64,000 nucleotides of DNA from a virus (lineage: Duplodnaviria; Heunggongvirae; Uroviricota; Caudoviricetes), in IMG/VR virus record IMGVR_UViG_3300011904_000029, positions 6,312 through 70,311 of that record; one strand, 5' to 3'. Position 1 is the first letter of the stretch. Each line of letters begins with the position of its first letter. The position numbers and the translations under genes are program-made. Positions 1 through 8,946 of the stretch are shown here, piece after piece. Under the pieces are notes generated by a model, which worked only from the letters and a program-made list of their open reading frames with translations, had not been told where the DNA came from and searched no databases.

Positions 1-9
1 ACATTAAAA

Positions 10-198
10 CTAATCTTTTAATTCGTCTTGCATTTCTACTGGAGCTACGAAGTAAATATTGTTTCCTAACCCATTACGATCTGCTAATTTATTGAATTTA
101 ATACAATCCTTTTCAGCATTTTCTTTTGAATAATATAAATGATCAATTGAATCTGAATCTTCCCCAATATTTTTTACTCTGATTTCATAAATCTTCAT
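10..198 (-). CDS. hypothetical small protein
   Basis: 62-aa minus-strand ORF with GGAGG-like RBS; no recognisable motif. Confidence 0.35.
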   Translation of the reverse strand: MKIYEIRVKNIGEDSDSIDHLYYSKENAEKDCIKFNKLADRNGLGNNIYFVAPVEMQDELKD

Positions 199-232
199 AT
201 TAAAATCCTCCTTTTATTTTTCTTATATGTAT

Positions 233-427
233 TTATTTAATATTTAAATCTAATTCTGAAATATGGTATATCTGAACGGGCGATGGTTGCTTGTGATTAT
301 GTTTCGGAAATCTAACTTCGTCCACTTTTAAATCTCGATAGCTCTCTTGCTCATCCCAGTAACCAAAGTCACTGTCTAAACTACCAGTCCACCTACCTAG
401 ACCATCTTTAAGTAATGCTTGTCTCAT
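233..427 (-). CDS. hypothetical small protein
   Basis: 64-aa minus-strand ORF, start overlaps stop of downstream DHFR gene (translational coupling). Confidence 0.35.
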   Translation of the reverse strand: MRQALLKDGLGRWTGSLDSDFGYWDEQESYRDLKVDEVRFPKHNHKQPSPVQIYHISELDLNIK

Positions 428-933
428 TTATTAATCCTCCTTTCGTATGTAACGAATGAATAATCATAAGGGTGGTTTGCGTCTTTCTTGTGTTTTTCGT
501 GACTAGTAATCTTAAAATCATCTAAACTATATTTAGGAAAATATACGTCAGTATCGGAAAAACGATGTGAAACAATAGTTAGATAGATTTTATCTGTATG
601 TGGCAGAAATCTCTTATAGACCTGTTCCCCACCACACACGAATAATTCTGTATCTTTGTCGGCGTGATTGTAATAGTGTTGTAGGATTAATTCTGCTGAG
701 TTATATATGTAAAGATCTGGATGAAAATCAATGTCTCCGCTTTTTGATAAGATTAAATTTGTCCTGTTTGGTAAAGGTTTTCCGATTTCCTGGTATGTAC
801 GCCTTCCCATTACTATTACATTCTGTTCAGTTAAACTCTTAAACCTCTTCATGTCATTTGGTAAGCGAATTAATAATTTACCATTGTGCCCGATTGCAGC
901 GTTAAGATCACAGCAAGCTATGATATTAATCAA
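424..933 (-). CDS. folA: dihydrofolate reductase
   Basis: 169 aa; N-terminal IIACCDLNAAIGHNGKLLIRLPNDMKRFK and VIVMGRRTYQEIGKPLPNRTNLILSK match DHFR substrate/NADPH-binding motifs. Confidence 0.85.
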   Translation of the reverse strand: MINIIACCDLNAAIGHNGKLLIRLPNDMKRFKSLTEQNVIVMGRRTYQEIGKPLPNRTNLILSKSGDIDFHPDLYIYNSAELILQHYYNHADKDTELFVCGGEQVYKRFLPHTDKIYLTIVSHRFSDTDVYFPKYSLDDFKITSHEKHKKDANHPYDYSFVTYERRINK

Positions 934-2576
934 ATAATCTCCTCCTTATATTCTCCATTATAGTATTTCTCCATTGAAAATCTGTCGTCCTTTATCTGCA
1001 CTCTATATGAATTTAATTTGCTTTTTATGTATTCATATTTCTCTTTATCGGTTGCTATATGGTAAGGAACAACAATTAGTTTAATCCCCAATTCATTGCA
1101 TAGTTTTTTCTTTAATCTATCTCTTCTTTTACTTTCTTCAAATTCTGAATAGTGTTTGTGAAAGTACTCTATATATCTATAATGCTGTTCTCCGTTATAT
1201 TCTAGTGCAACTCTTAATTCTTCGTTGTACATATCTAGTTCAAGGTAATTTTTAATACCATTATACTTATTATTTAATAGCGTTCTGTTTTTGTAAAACA
1301 CTTTATTTGTAAGTTTTTCTATAATGAATTTGCATTTTGTTTCATTTTTAAATCTGCCAGTACAAATTTGACACCAAGTACCTGAAAACACGCTATCTAG
1401 ATTTAACTCGAATATATGATCATTCGCACACACCCATTGTAGTAACTGCTTAGAATCAGTGTAATACTCATAAGGTGTTAAAAGCTTCCCGTGATTTTTT
1501 TCTAGAAAAGAAAGTATTCTTTCATAAGGAATTCTCCTTTCGTCTAAGGTACATTCTTTACAGCTTCTCATTCCCTTAAAATTACCTGCGGAGCATTCCC
1601 AATTATGATTATTAGGGCATAAAAACCTATACTTTTTAAATTGACCTTTGTATTCACTCGGAGTAGACAGTAGTTTATAACCCCTATCTACGGCAACTTT
1701 TTTTAACCTATAATACTCCAATATTCCCCTCTTATTATCATTACACTCTCTACACCATCTTTCATCTTTGCGAACCAAGTCATTAGCACTACGATCAAAT
1801 ATATGACCTCTGCCACATATCAACTTAACTCTGGTTGTACTATCTAAAAGTGTATGATTTTTTGTCAACACTTGACCACCTTTATATCTAGCCATCCGTT
1901 TAATATTCACCCATGATAACTTCTGTATTATTTTAGGACTAATCTTTGTCTCAACCAGTCTTCTTTTTTCATCTTCTTTACATTGACTACACCACGTTGC
2001 ACCAAATTTTATATTGTAAAATGAATCCTCCCATACGTGCCCATTTTCACATTTCCATAAAAGAATATCTTTTTGATTTCCTTTATAACTTTCTGATAGG
2101 CACTCACCACCTTTATTTCTTGCAAACTCTTTAACTTCTTCAATTGTATGTCTCAATTTTTGAAGATAGCATTCGTAACACCAATATCCAGACTTTAAGT
2201 TATTTAGGTTTATTTCATATTTGTGTCTCTCTCCACAAACTATCTTCAATTTCGTGTGTGCATTTTCGTAATCCTCTTTAGGAGACAATACTTCTCCACC
2301 TTTTGAACTCACTATTTCACAGAATTCGTTGTAATATTTTGTTATCAGTTTTTCTTTGTTGTTTTCTTTCCTACATTCTGGGCATCCTTTAATTTGCTTA
2401 AAAGATCCCCACGATGTTTTAAGCTCTCCATGTTTTAAACAACTGTATTTTACTACCCATTTATTACTGCCATTAAATTTCTCCCAAGAATGATTAACAT
2501 ATTTAAGACCAACACCGTTACACACATCAATGATTTTGTCTTTTTTAAGACGGGGAGCACCCACTCTCATAAGCAA
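930..2576 (-). CDS. free-standing homing-endonuclease-like protein: tandem zinc-ribbon repeats plus C-terminal PD-(D/E)XK-like nuclease module (paralog family 1 of 3)
   Basis: 548 aa; about six repeats of the pattern C-x2-C ... W-x-C-x-N/E-G-H; C-terminal LEYNGEQHY...RD..K...C.ELGIKLIVVPY block shared with ORFs 13736..14569 and 43898..45400; sits between DHFR and thymidylate synthase genes. Confidence 0.55.
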   Translation of the reverse strand: MLMRVGAPRLKKDKIIDVCNGVGLKYVNHSWEKFNGSNKWVVKYSCLKHGELKTSWGSFKQIKGCPECRKENNKEKLITKYYNEFCEIVSSKGGEVLSPKEDYENAHTKLKIVCGERHKYEINLNNLKSGYWCYECYLQKLRHTIEEVKEFARNKGGECLSESYKGNQKDILLWKCENGHVWEDSFYNIKFGATWCSQCKEDEKRRLVETKISPKIIQKLSWVNIKRMARYKGGQVLTKNHTLLDSTTRVKLICGRGHIFDRSANDLVRKDERWCRECNDNKRGILEYYRLKKVAVDRGYKLLSTPSEYKGQFKKYRFLCPNNHNWECSAGNFKGMRSCKECTLDERRIPYERILSFLEKNHGKLLTPYEYYTDSKQLLQWVCANDHIFELNLDSVFSGTWCQICTGRFKNETKCKFIIEKLTNKVFYKNRTLLNNKYNGIKNYLELDMYNEELRVALEYNGEQHYRYIEYFHKHYSEFEESKRRDRLKKKLCNELGIKLIVVPYHIATDKEKYEYIKSKLNSYRVQIKDDRFSMEKYYNGEYKEEII

Positions 2577-2591
2577 ATAACTCCCCCGATT

Positions 2592-3377
2592 CTATATGCT
2601 CACACGCATTTTAATATGCGGATGATATTTGTAATCTAGTAATTTGACATCTTGTTCAGTAAAGTTATAAAAGTTATTAATCTCGGTATTAATAAATAAT
2701 TCAGGAGCCTTATAGGGCTCACGATTAAATATTTCTTGAATTGGTTTAAATTGCTGCTCATACAAATGAGCGTTGGTAAGAACAAATATCATTTTACCTG
2801 GTTTTAATTTTGTTACTTGCGCCAACATATGATTTAATACTGCCATCTGAGCAACATTGAAAGGCAAACCAAGCGCAACATCTGAGCTACGAATTGTTAC
2901 GTGCGTATTGAGATGATCATTGTTCACATCCCATATTGAATTAAACATACATGGAGTTAATTGCATCTTATCTAAATCTTCACATTGCCACAGGTTTACC
3001 ATCATTCTTCTTGATTGATTATTATATTTGAGATCGCTGATAAGTTTATCCATTTGACTATGCTTTTCAACTTGTCTTCCATATGCCTCGCCAATAGTAT
3101 TAAATTCGTCTGTCCACTCGTCCCAAATATGAATATTTCTTTCTTGCAGCCATGTTACATCATTTGATTGAATCTGATATATCCATCTCATCTCATTTAC
3201 TAATGACTTGAAAGGTGTGTATTTTAAAGTTAACATTGGGAACTCTTCTTGCAGATCGACAGTGATCACCTTTCCAAAAACTTTTTTTGTATTGTCTGCC
3301 GTTCTATTTTCTCCATAATATCCGTTGTCTAAGATATCTTTGACTAAAACTCTATACTGTAAATCAAAATTACTCAT
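2592..3377 (-). CDS. thyA: thymidylate synthase
   Basis: 261 aa; FPMLTLKYTPFKSLVNEMRWIY, IHIWDEW, LTPCMFNSIW (catalytic Cys region) typical of ThyA family; adjacent to DHFR. Confidence 0.85.
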   Translation of the reverse strand: MSNFDLQYRVLVKDILDNGYYGENRTADNTKKVFGKVITVDLQEEFPMLTLKYTPFKSLVNEMRWIYQIQSNDVTWLQERNIHIWDEWTDEFNTIGEAYGRQVEKHSQMDKLISDLKYNNQSRRMMVNLWQCEDLDKMQLTPCMFNSIWDVNNDHLNTHVTIRSSDVALGLPFNVAQMAVLNHMLAQVTKLKPGKMIFVLTNAHLYEQQFKPIQEIFNREPYKAPELFINTEINNFYNFTEQDVKLLDYKYHPHIKMRVSI

Positions 3378-3402
3378 ATATCCATCCTCCTGTATTTATA
3401 AT

Positions 3403-3430
3403 AAAAGGTAAGAGGAATCAACCTCTTACC
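3403..3430 (-). terminator. intrinsic terminator (9-bp GC-containing stem GGTAAGAGG / CCTCTTACC, 6-nt loop, followed by U-tract on minus strand)
   Basis: perfect inverted repeat 3407-3415/3422-3430, plus-strand AAAA at 3403-3406 gives UUUUAUU on minus strand; lies between upstream small gene and thyA. Confidence 0.55.
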
Positions 3431-3433
3431 TAG

Positions 3434-3462
3434 ATAATACTAATTTATTTCATTAATGTCAA
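3434..3462 (-). promoter_or_regulatory. sigma-A-type promoter TTGACA-17-TATTAT (member of conserved promoter family)
   Basis: minus-strand reading TTGACAttaatgAAATAAATtagTATTAT; -35 at 3457-3462, -10 at 3434-3439. Confidence 0.55.
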
Positions 3463-3670
3463 TGATTATTTATAATTTATTTAATAAATTCGTTATTTTA
3501 TTTTTGGTTTTTTGATTGATGCTTTAATCTTACTTCCTAGCCAGACAAAAGTAATCTCAGTCTTTGGATTAGATCCAATATGTTCAACTTGACCAAACTT
3601 TCTAGGAATCAATGACCATAAAATAAGAGCTACTTTACCCAATTGCCACTCACCTCACTTTTATTCCGAA

Positions 3671-3895
3671 CTACGCATGAAATTCGCTATTAAAACCCAT
3701 CGACTTATAAACCCTCTTTAGTTGTTCATAAGTCATCACATCAATCGTATTTTGTAGTAACTCACGCAATTCTCTTTCTTTCAGTACTTCCAATTTTTCA
3801 AAGGATTGACTGCCGCAGCCACGGCATTTTTCACCAACATACTGCTCTCTTCCGCATCCGAGACAGCAATAATTTTTAGGCTTACTTTTATACAA
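3671..3895 (-). CDS. small zinc-ribbon protein
   Basis: 74 aa with CxxC...CxxC (CLGCG...CRGCG). Confidence 0.4.
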   Translation of the reverse strand: MYKSKPKNYCCLGCGREQYVGEKCRGCGSQSFEKLEVLKERELRELLQNTIDVMTYEQLKRVYKSMGFNSEFHA

Positions 3896-3951
3896 ATTTA
3901 CACACCCCCTTTACTTCACAGTCGTATCTTATACACAATAAATTATCTGCT

Positions 3952-4668
3952 TTATCGTTTAGATTGTCTTTCAATCTCAGCTTTCAATTTCGGTTCTGGT
4001 GGAGTCCATCCTTCAGGCTTAATGATTTTTCCGTCACTTTCTCTGAATTTAGGTTGTCCATTATGAAGTTTTGCCATATTAGCATCTTGAACAATTTTAA
4101 ATAGATTAAATGGCTTTACCCCTAAAATAGTAAATGATCCCTGGTTGAAGTATTCAACATCAGTAAGCGCATCTGCTTGAGCAGTAAGAATGTCATCAAC
4201 TGGCTTTGCTTCTGTAACTTGCTTTTCTACTGCTGCGGAAATACCACTATTAAATTCATCGACTAACTTCTTAAATTCTTCTGTATTGCCACCTACGGTA
4301 GCATATAATAATTCCACTAATTCTTCCCCTGTCCACACAGCGCGGTTTAGTGCCGTTTCTTTATCCATAGGTGTTGGTTTTTCGTTGTAAGGATGGTTGA
4401 ATGCTTTGTGAAATTCCTGCACCATCCAATACATCTCATTAGGATTGTATTTTTTAGTTCTTCTTTTAGGTTTGCGATAGGGTGAAAGGTATTTGGTTTC
4501 TACATTTCTTAACTCAGTAACTCGTCTTTGCTTTTCTCTATCAAACTCAAGAATGAATTCAACTTGTGCTGTTTTACCCATATCTCTACTAAATGAAATA
4601 AGCTTCCCTTTTCTTTTACTTGATTTATCCCAAACCAGGCTGTTTAGTTGTAGTTTTTGATTTTGCAT
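3952..4668 (-). CDS. MazG-like all-alpha nucleoside triphosphate pyrophosphohydrolase (putative)
   Basis: 238 aa; segment WMVQEFHKAFNHPY...TGEELVELLYATVGGN resembles MazG/HisE EExxE-type metal-binding helix; located in nucleotide-metabolism cluster. Confidence 0.4.
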   Translation of the reverse strand: MQNQKLQLNSLVWDKSSKRKGKLISFSRDMGKTAQVEFILEFDREKQRRVTELRNVETKYLSPYRKPKRRTKKYNPNEMYWMVQEFHKAFNHPYNEKPTPMDKETALNRAVWTGEELVELLYATVGGNTEEFKKLVDEFNSGISAAVEKQVTEAKPVDDILTAQADALTDVEYFNQGSFTILGVKPFNLFKIVQDANMAKLHNGQPKFRESDGKIIKPEGWTPPEPKLKAEIERQSKR

Positions 4669-4738
4669 TAGTATATTTCCCCTTTGTATGTAAATTTATT
4701 TTAGATAAGAGAGGAGAATTAACTCCGCTCTATGTGTA

Positions 4739-4987
4739 TTAATTTAATTTATTAATGATCTCGTCTAATCCGTTTGGATTAAAGCCAACTACACGCTGTA
4801 CCTCTTCATCATTGTCATCAATAAGGATAGTTACTGGAACTGAACCAATATCATATTGGGCTGCAATTTCTGGATTATCCATTGGATTAATTTTTTCAAC
4901 AATCACACCTTTGTCATCTAGATAATTTTGAACCATTTGACATGGTTTACAACCTGGTAGCTCAAATTTAAATAGTTTATTAGACAT
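4739..4987 (-). CDS. nrdH: thioredoxin/NrdH-like redoxin
   Basis: 82 aa with CKPC redox motif near N-terminus; immediately upstream gene order redoxin-NrdI-NrdF-NrdE. Confidence 0.55.
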   Translation of the reverse strand: MSNKLFKFELPGCKPCQMVQNYLDDKGVIVEKINPMDNPEIAAQYDIGSVPVTILIDDNDEEVQRVVGFNPNGLDEIINKLN

Positions 4988-5405
4988 ATATTTTCTCCTT
5001 TACTATTTCGTCAAATTGATAAAAGTCACTTTGCTTTGGATATCCTTCAAACTTAAATTTAAACAGTATTTGATTTTTGTCTTTTAATACCTCTTCTAAC
5101 AAATCTAATGCCCCACAGAAAAATTCAAACTCCACTCTTCCGCTTCCAAATAGTCCGATCTTTTTATGAGTAAGCATTCCAAGTTTATCCCTTATTTCAA
5201 AAAAAGGTCTTGGGGGAATACCTCTCCCCCAGGTGGATGTTCCAAAAATAATCGTATCGTATTTATCAAAATCAATATTTCTCTCTTTTCTTATATTAAA
5301 AATATCAAACTCACTTTCATTAAAATACTTTAACATTGCCCTTGTATTTCCTGTTGCAGAATAGTATATGACAGCTTTAGAGGTCAAAGTCTTCGCCGCT
5401 TTCAT
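4980..5405 (-). CDS. nrdI: NrdI flavodoxin-like ribonucleotide reductase stimulatory protein
   Basis: 141 aa; AVIYYSATGNTRAM flavodoxin FMN-binding signature; start may be slightly downstream because the first codons overlap the nrdF 3-prime end. Confidence 0.7.
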   Translation of the reverse strand: MKAAKTLTSKAVIYYSATGNTRAMLKYFNESEFDIFNIRKERNIDFDKYDTIIFGTSTWGRGIPPRPFFEIRDKLGMLTHKKIGLFGSGRVEFEFFCGALDLLEEVLKDKNQILFKFKFEGYPKQSDFYQFDEIVKEKIYV

Positions 5406-6468
5406 GAGTATAGTTAATTGCGTTAGCTTGGAGAAAATCTGTTCTTGTTACAATTTCATCTTCTCCTCCTGTTCTCTTTTTGCTTCCATATGTAGCAATC
5501 CATCTTGACTTTAATTCTTGGTTTTCAGGATAAGGTTCTTCGAGTCCTGCGTTTCTACAGATTAAGTTGGCTAGATATTCCACGTAATCATGATATTCTT
5601 TAATGGATAAAGTATCTATTCCTTCAAAAATGTAACTAGCCCATACTTTTTCTCGTTTAACAGCCTCTTTTATATAATCCATAACATAATTATAATTATC
5701 TTTTGTGGCTAACTGCGGCTCTTCTTTCATTAGAATTTGAATCAGCATTCCATAAAAAGTCGAGTGCATATTTTCGTCAGTCCGAATCATAGAAATTAAG
5801 TTATTAGAGCCAATCATTTTTTGATCCCTTGCCAGAGAGTGGAAATAAACAAATCCCCCACTAAAATAAATTCCCTCTAAGACAAGGTTAGCTACGATTC
5901 CATAAAGAATATCTTGAAGTACCTCATTAGAAACTCCACCTTCATCTTGTTCAGCCATATATATCTTCGCAGCATCGACCATTTTTTGAATCGGATCAAT
6001 TACAAGTTGATTCCTATACACTAATTCAGGAATATTTCTTGTAAATTCAAATGCTTGCTCCTTCTCTTGTTGATTTAATACAGTGGACGTTAAGTATTGA
6101 TAACTTCGATTATGCAATTGTTCAAATGATGCAATCATAGAAATTACCGATCTAACTGATGAATCGGTGCATAAATAACCTAAAACAAAATTAAAGTCTG
6201 TTGCAATAGAATCTAACCAGTTTAATTTACCTGATATAATGTTATATACTTGTCTTTCTCTTGGCGTAAGTTTTTCTCTATACTCCTCAATATCCTTAGA
6301 CAGTTTCACCTCATCTTCTATCCAGTACTCTGCAAATAAAGACTTATTAAAATCGAGCATTGTAGGATACTTGATATTATCCCAATCTCGTATCCCACTT
6401 GATTTCCCCCCAAACACTTTTGTTGCTACGTTGCTTGCTTCTCCATCGTAAATCCGAAAGTTTGCCAT
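5377..6468 (-). CDS. nrdF: ribonucleotide reductase class Ib beta subunit
   Basis: 363 aa; diiron ligand region LVLEGIYFSGGF...IRTDENMHSTFYG, acidic C-terminus ...ESGEDFDL. Confidence 0.85.
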   Translation of the reverse strand: MANFRIYDGEASNVATKVFGGKSSGIRDWDNIKYPTMLDFNKSLFAEYWIEDEVKLSKDIEEYREKLTPRERQVYNIISGKLNWLDSIATDFNFVLGYLCTDSSVRSVISMIASFEQLHNRSYQYLTSTVLNQQEKEQAFEFTRNIPELVYRNQLVIDPIQKMVDAAKIYMAEQDEGGVSNEVLQDILYGIVANLVLEGIYFSGGFVYFHSLARDQKMIGSNNLISMIRTDENMHSTFYGMLIQILMKEEPQLATKDNYNYVMDYIKEAVKREKVWASYIFEGIDTLSIKEYHDYVEYLANLICRNAGLEEPYPENQELKSRWIATYGSKKRTGGEDEIVTRTDFLQANAINYTHESGEDFDL

Positions 6469-6488
6469 TATTTTTATCTATCCCTTCT

Positions 6489-7889
6489 TTATGCTTCACA
6501 CATAATACAGTCTTCGTCACGCTCATATTCTTCTGTGTATGTATAATAAATAGTCTTAAGTTGCTTCTTCCATGCTCCAAGATCTAATCTTAGAAGTTCT
6601 GAGCCTTTGATTGATTTAGGCACGTGCATATTATGACTTACTCCCTGATCTATGAATTTTTGTGCTGCTGAAATTACATTAATTGCCCACATTTCATCCA
6701 TTTCAAATCCTGACTTATAGAACCATTTTGTTTGATTATTGTAGTTTGAAGGAACATAAATTACGTTCAGCCCAGACTTTTCTTCCCGATATATGACCTC
6801 ATATGGAGGGTCAATTGAAGGTGAAGAGTTCATAATCAATGAGTTTGAGCTTGTAGGCGCAATTGCGCTTAAATAAGCATTTCTCATTCCTTTGCTTGCT
6901 AAATCACGAAGTTCACTCCATTCATCAGAAACAAAACCTCGCTTATCAAAGAACTCTCCGGTTTGCCAGTCAGAACCTTCGAATAATGGATACGATCCTT
7001 TTTCTTGTGCTAATTTAGCTGAAGCTCTAATCATTGCTTTTAAATACTGTTTAAAAATGTCTTCAGTAAACTTAGACGCTTCTTCAGACTCCCATCTAAT
7101 ACCTCTAGAAGTCATTAGTGTAACCAATCCCATAGACCCTGCACCTACTGCTCTATAAAGCTTGTTAGTGTGCGTGGCTTGAGGTACAACAGTCCGATTC
7201 AGTGAAATTACGTTATCTAACATACGAAATTGGATATCAACAACACGTTGCAAATCAACATCCTTAGATTCATCAAATACATTATTCAAGACTAAAGATG
7301 AGAGGTTGCAAGTTACTAAACCATCTCCTATAACTTTCGTAACAACAAAGCCATCTTCATCTAAATTCTCAGATATACACCTATCAACTTCCATATTTTG
7401 TATGACCTCACTACAGAGGTTTGATCCAAAAGGCATCCCAACATGTGCATTCGGGTTCATCCTTGCTGCTGTATCATGGAAGTATAAATAAGGAGTACCA
7501 CCAGTTTTTCTTGATGTAAAAATAGACTTGTAAATATCTGTAGCATTAACCACTCGTTTAATTTCAAACGACATATCTTTTTCTGCCTTGCGATACCAAT
7601 AGGTAAAGGCATGATCTTCTTCATTCGGTTCTTCATCAGCCATTAACTTTTTCTTATCATAAAGACGATTCAAGTCAACACCCATCTTCTTCCTGAATTC
7701 ATAAGGATCAAAGATTGTCCAGTTTTGCTTAGATTCTAATCTTCTCATGTACTCATCAGGAAGAGTAACTGCTGTTTTAATTGAATGCGCCCTAAGTTCT
7801 TGAGATCCTGTTTTTAAGCGTAAGTCTAAAAAATCAAAAATATCATAATGCCATACAGGTAGGTATAATGCGATTCCTGCAACTCTTGA
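6489..7889 (-). CDS. nrdE: ribonucleotide reductase class Ib alpha subunit, exon 2
   Basis: contains AGIALYLPVWHYDIFDFLDLR, SNLCSEV active-site motif, C-terminal CxxC tail; exon start placed after intron terminal G at 7890. Confidence 0.85.
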   Translation of the reverse strand, partial: SRVAGIALYLPVWHYDIFDFLDLRLKTGSQELRAHSIKTAVTLPDEYMRRLESKQNWTIFDPYEFRKKMGVDLNRLYDKKKLMADEEPNEEDHAFTYWYRKAEKDMSFEIKRVVNATDIYKSIFTSRKTGGTPYLYFHDTAARMNPNAHVGMPFGSNLCSEVIQNMEVDRCISENLDEDGFVVTKVIGDGLVTCNLSSLVLNNVFDESKDVDLQRVVDIQFRMLDNVISLNRTVVPQATHTNKLYRAVGAGSMGLVTLMTSRGIRWESEEASKFTEDIFKQYLKAMIRASAKLAQEKGSYPLFEGSDWQTGEFFDKRGFVSDEWSELRDLASKGMRNAYLSAIAPTSSNSLIMNSSPSIDPPYEVIYREEKSGLNVIYVPSNYNNQTKWFYKSGFEMDEMWAINVISAAQKFIDQGVSHNMHVPKSIKGSELLRLDLGAWKKQLKTIYYTYTEEYERDEDCIMCEA

Positions 7890-8946
7890 CAAATTTGTTA
7901 CTACCTTATTAAAAGGCGGATAGGTCATTTCTGCCTATCTCTCTATGTCGCCATAGAGTTCAGACTATATCTTCTTGTGCGTGTGGTTATAAAAATTTAT
8001 TTTATATAATATGTATTTCTTTATTATGTAGTTCCATATGACATTCGAAGCATAATGTCTGTAAGTTTTCCTCTTTATTTGCTTCATTAATATCGTCAAA
8101 CTCCTCTATAGGAATTATGTGATGAACATTTAGTGCGTACTTTTCATAACTTTGAGTGTTGCAAATTTGACAAGTATAATTATCTTTTTTGACTTTTCTT
8201 TCTCGTATTCTTGACCACTTACTTCCATATCTATTTGGATTTTCTCTAGAAAACTGTCTATTTACACATCTATTTGAACAATATATTCTTTTATTTGACG
8301 GAACTGTAAAAGAAGGTCTTTCAAATTCCTTTTTGCAACAATAACATATTAATTTAATTGTATTTTGTTCGTTAGCAATATTGATACATTCTTGTGAGCA
8401 ATAGCTTATTTCTTTCCTATCTGCCCAAAACTCTTTATCACATACCTTACAGTTTAAATTATGTTTGTTTTTTCTACATAAATCAGAGCAATAATTACCG
8501 TCTTGTTGTATTCTCTGCTTAGCAATTTCAAACTCTTCTTTGCAATATTTACAATTAACTTTGACTTTTTTTGAGTTAATTGCTCCTAATTTAGCACTAC
8601 ACTTATGTGAGCATGTTCGTTTGGATCGCTCTCTTTTATTTTTTATATTTACTGTAAAAATGCTTTCACATATCTCACATTCCTTATCAACATATTCTTT
8701 TACTCTAGGTATTTATTATTCCTCCCTTGATCGCAACCACACGCACAAGTTTGGTTCGAGTTATAAAATTACTCTTATAACTACTTAGTCGTTGAACCTT
8801 CTACCTGGGAAACCAGGAAGCTCGGCTGCGAATTGCCCGCACTCTTGGGTTTTTAGGGTTCGCCGTGTCATTACTGCACGGTATCCTACCTTGAGATACT
8901 CGGGGTTCCCCGCAATTGACCAATTTTATACTCGGCTCATAAGTTA
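7890..8946 (-). mobile_element. group I intron interrupting nrdE, with embedded HNH endonuclease ORF
   Basis: exon 1 reads ...YVNQLG then stops; exon 2 resumes SRVAGIALYL (conserved YVNQxGxRxGAxAxYL block reconstituted); 5-prime exon end ACUCGGU pairs with internal guide GCCGAGU (U-G at splice site); intron ends with G; GC-rich structured core at 8760-8945. Confidence 0.7.
8002..8712 (-). CDS. intron-encoded HNH homing endonuclease with N-terminal zinc-ribbon repeats
   Basis: 236-codon open frame with C-terminal CQICN...HHIIP...NLQTLCFECHMELH HNH motif; preceded by GGGAGG RBS and TAATAA; no in-frame ATG/GTG/TTG near 5-prime end (first codon ATA). Confidence 0.65.
   Translation of the reverse strand: MPRVKEYVDKECEICESIFTVNIKNKRERSKRTCSHKCSAKLGAINSKKVKVNCKYCKEEFEIAKQRIQQDGNYCSDLCRKNKHNLNCKVCDKEFWADRKEISYCSQECINIANEQNTIKLICYCCKKEFERPSFTVPSNKRIYCSNRCVNRQFSRENPNRYGSKWSRIRERKVKKDNYTCQICNTQSYEKYALNVHHIIPIEEFDDINEANKEENLQTLCFECHMELHNKEIHII

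Noticed and set aside
2592-3377. ThyA homolog as a dUMP hydroxymethylase (hypermodified-base pathway)
   Set aside because: It is adjacent to a DHFR gene, which is needed only when a true thymidylate synthase oxidises the folate cofactor; no glucosyl- or other base-modification genes nearby. It cannot be fully excluded without alignment of specificity residues
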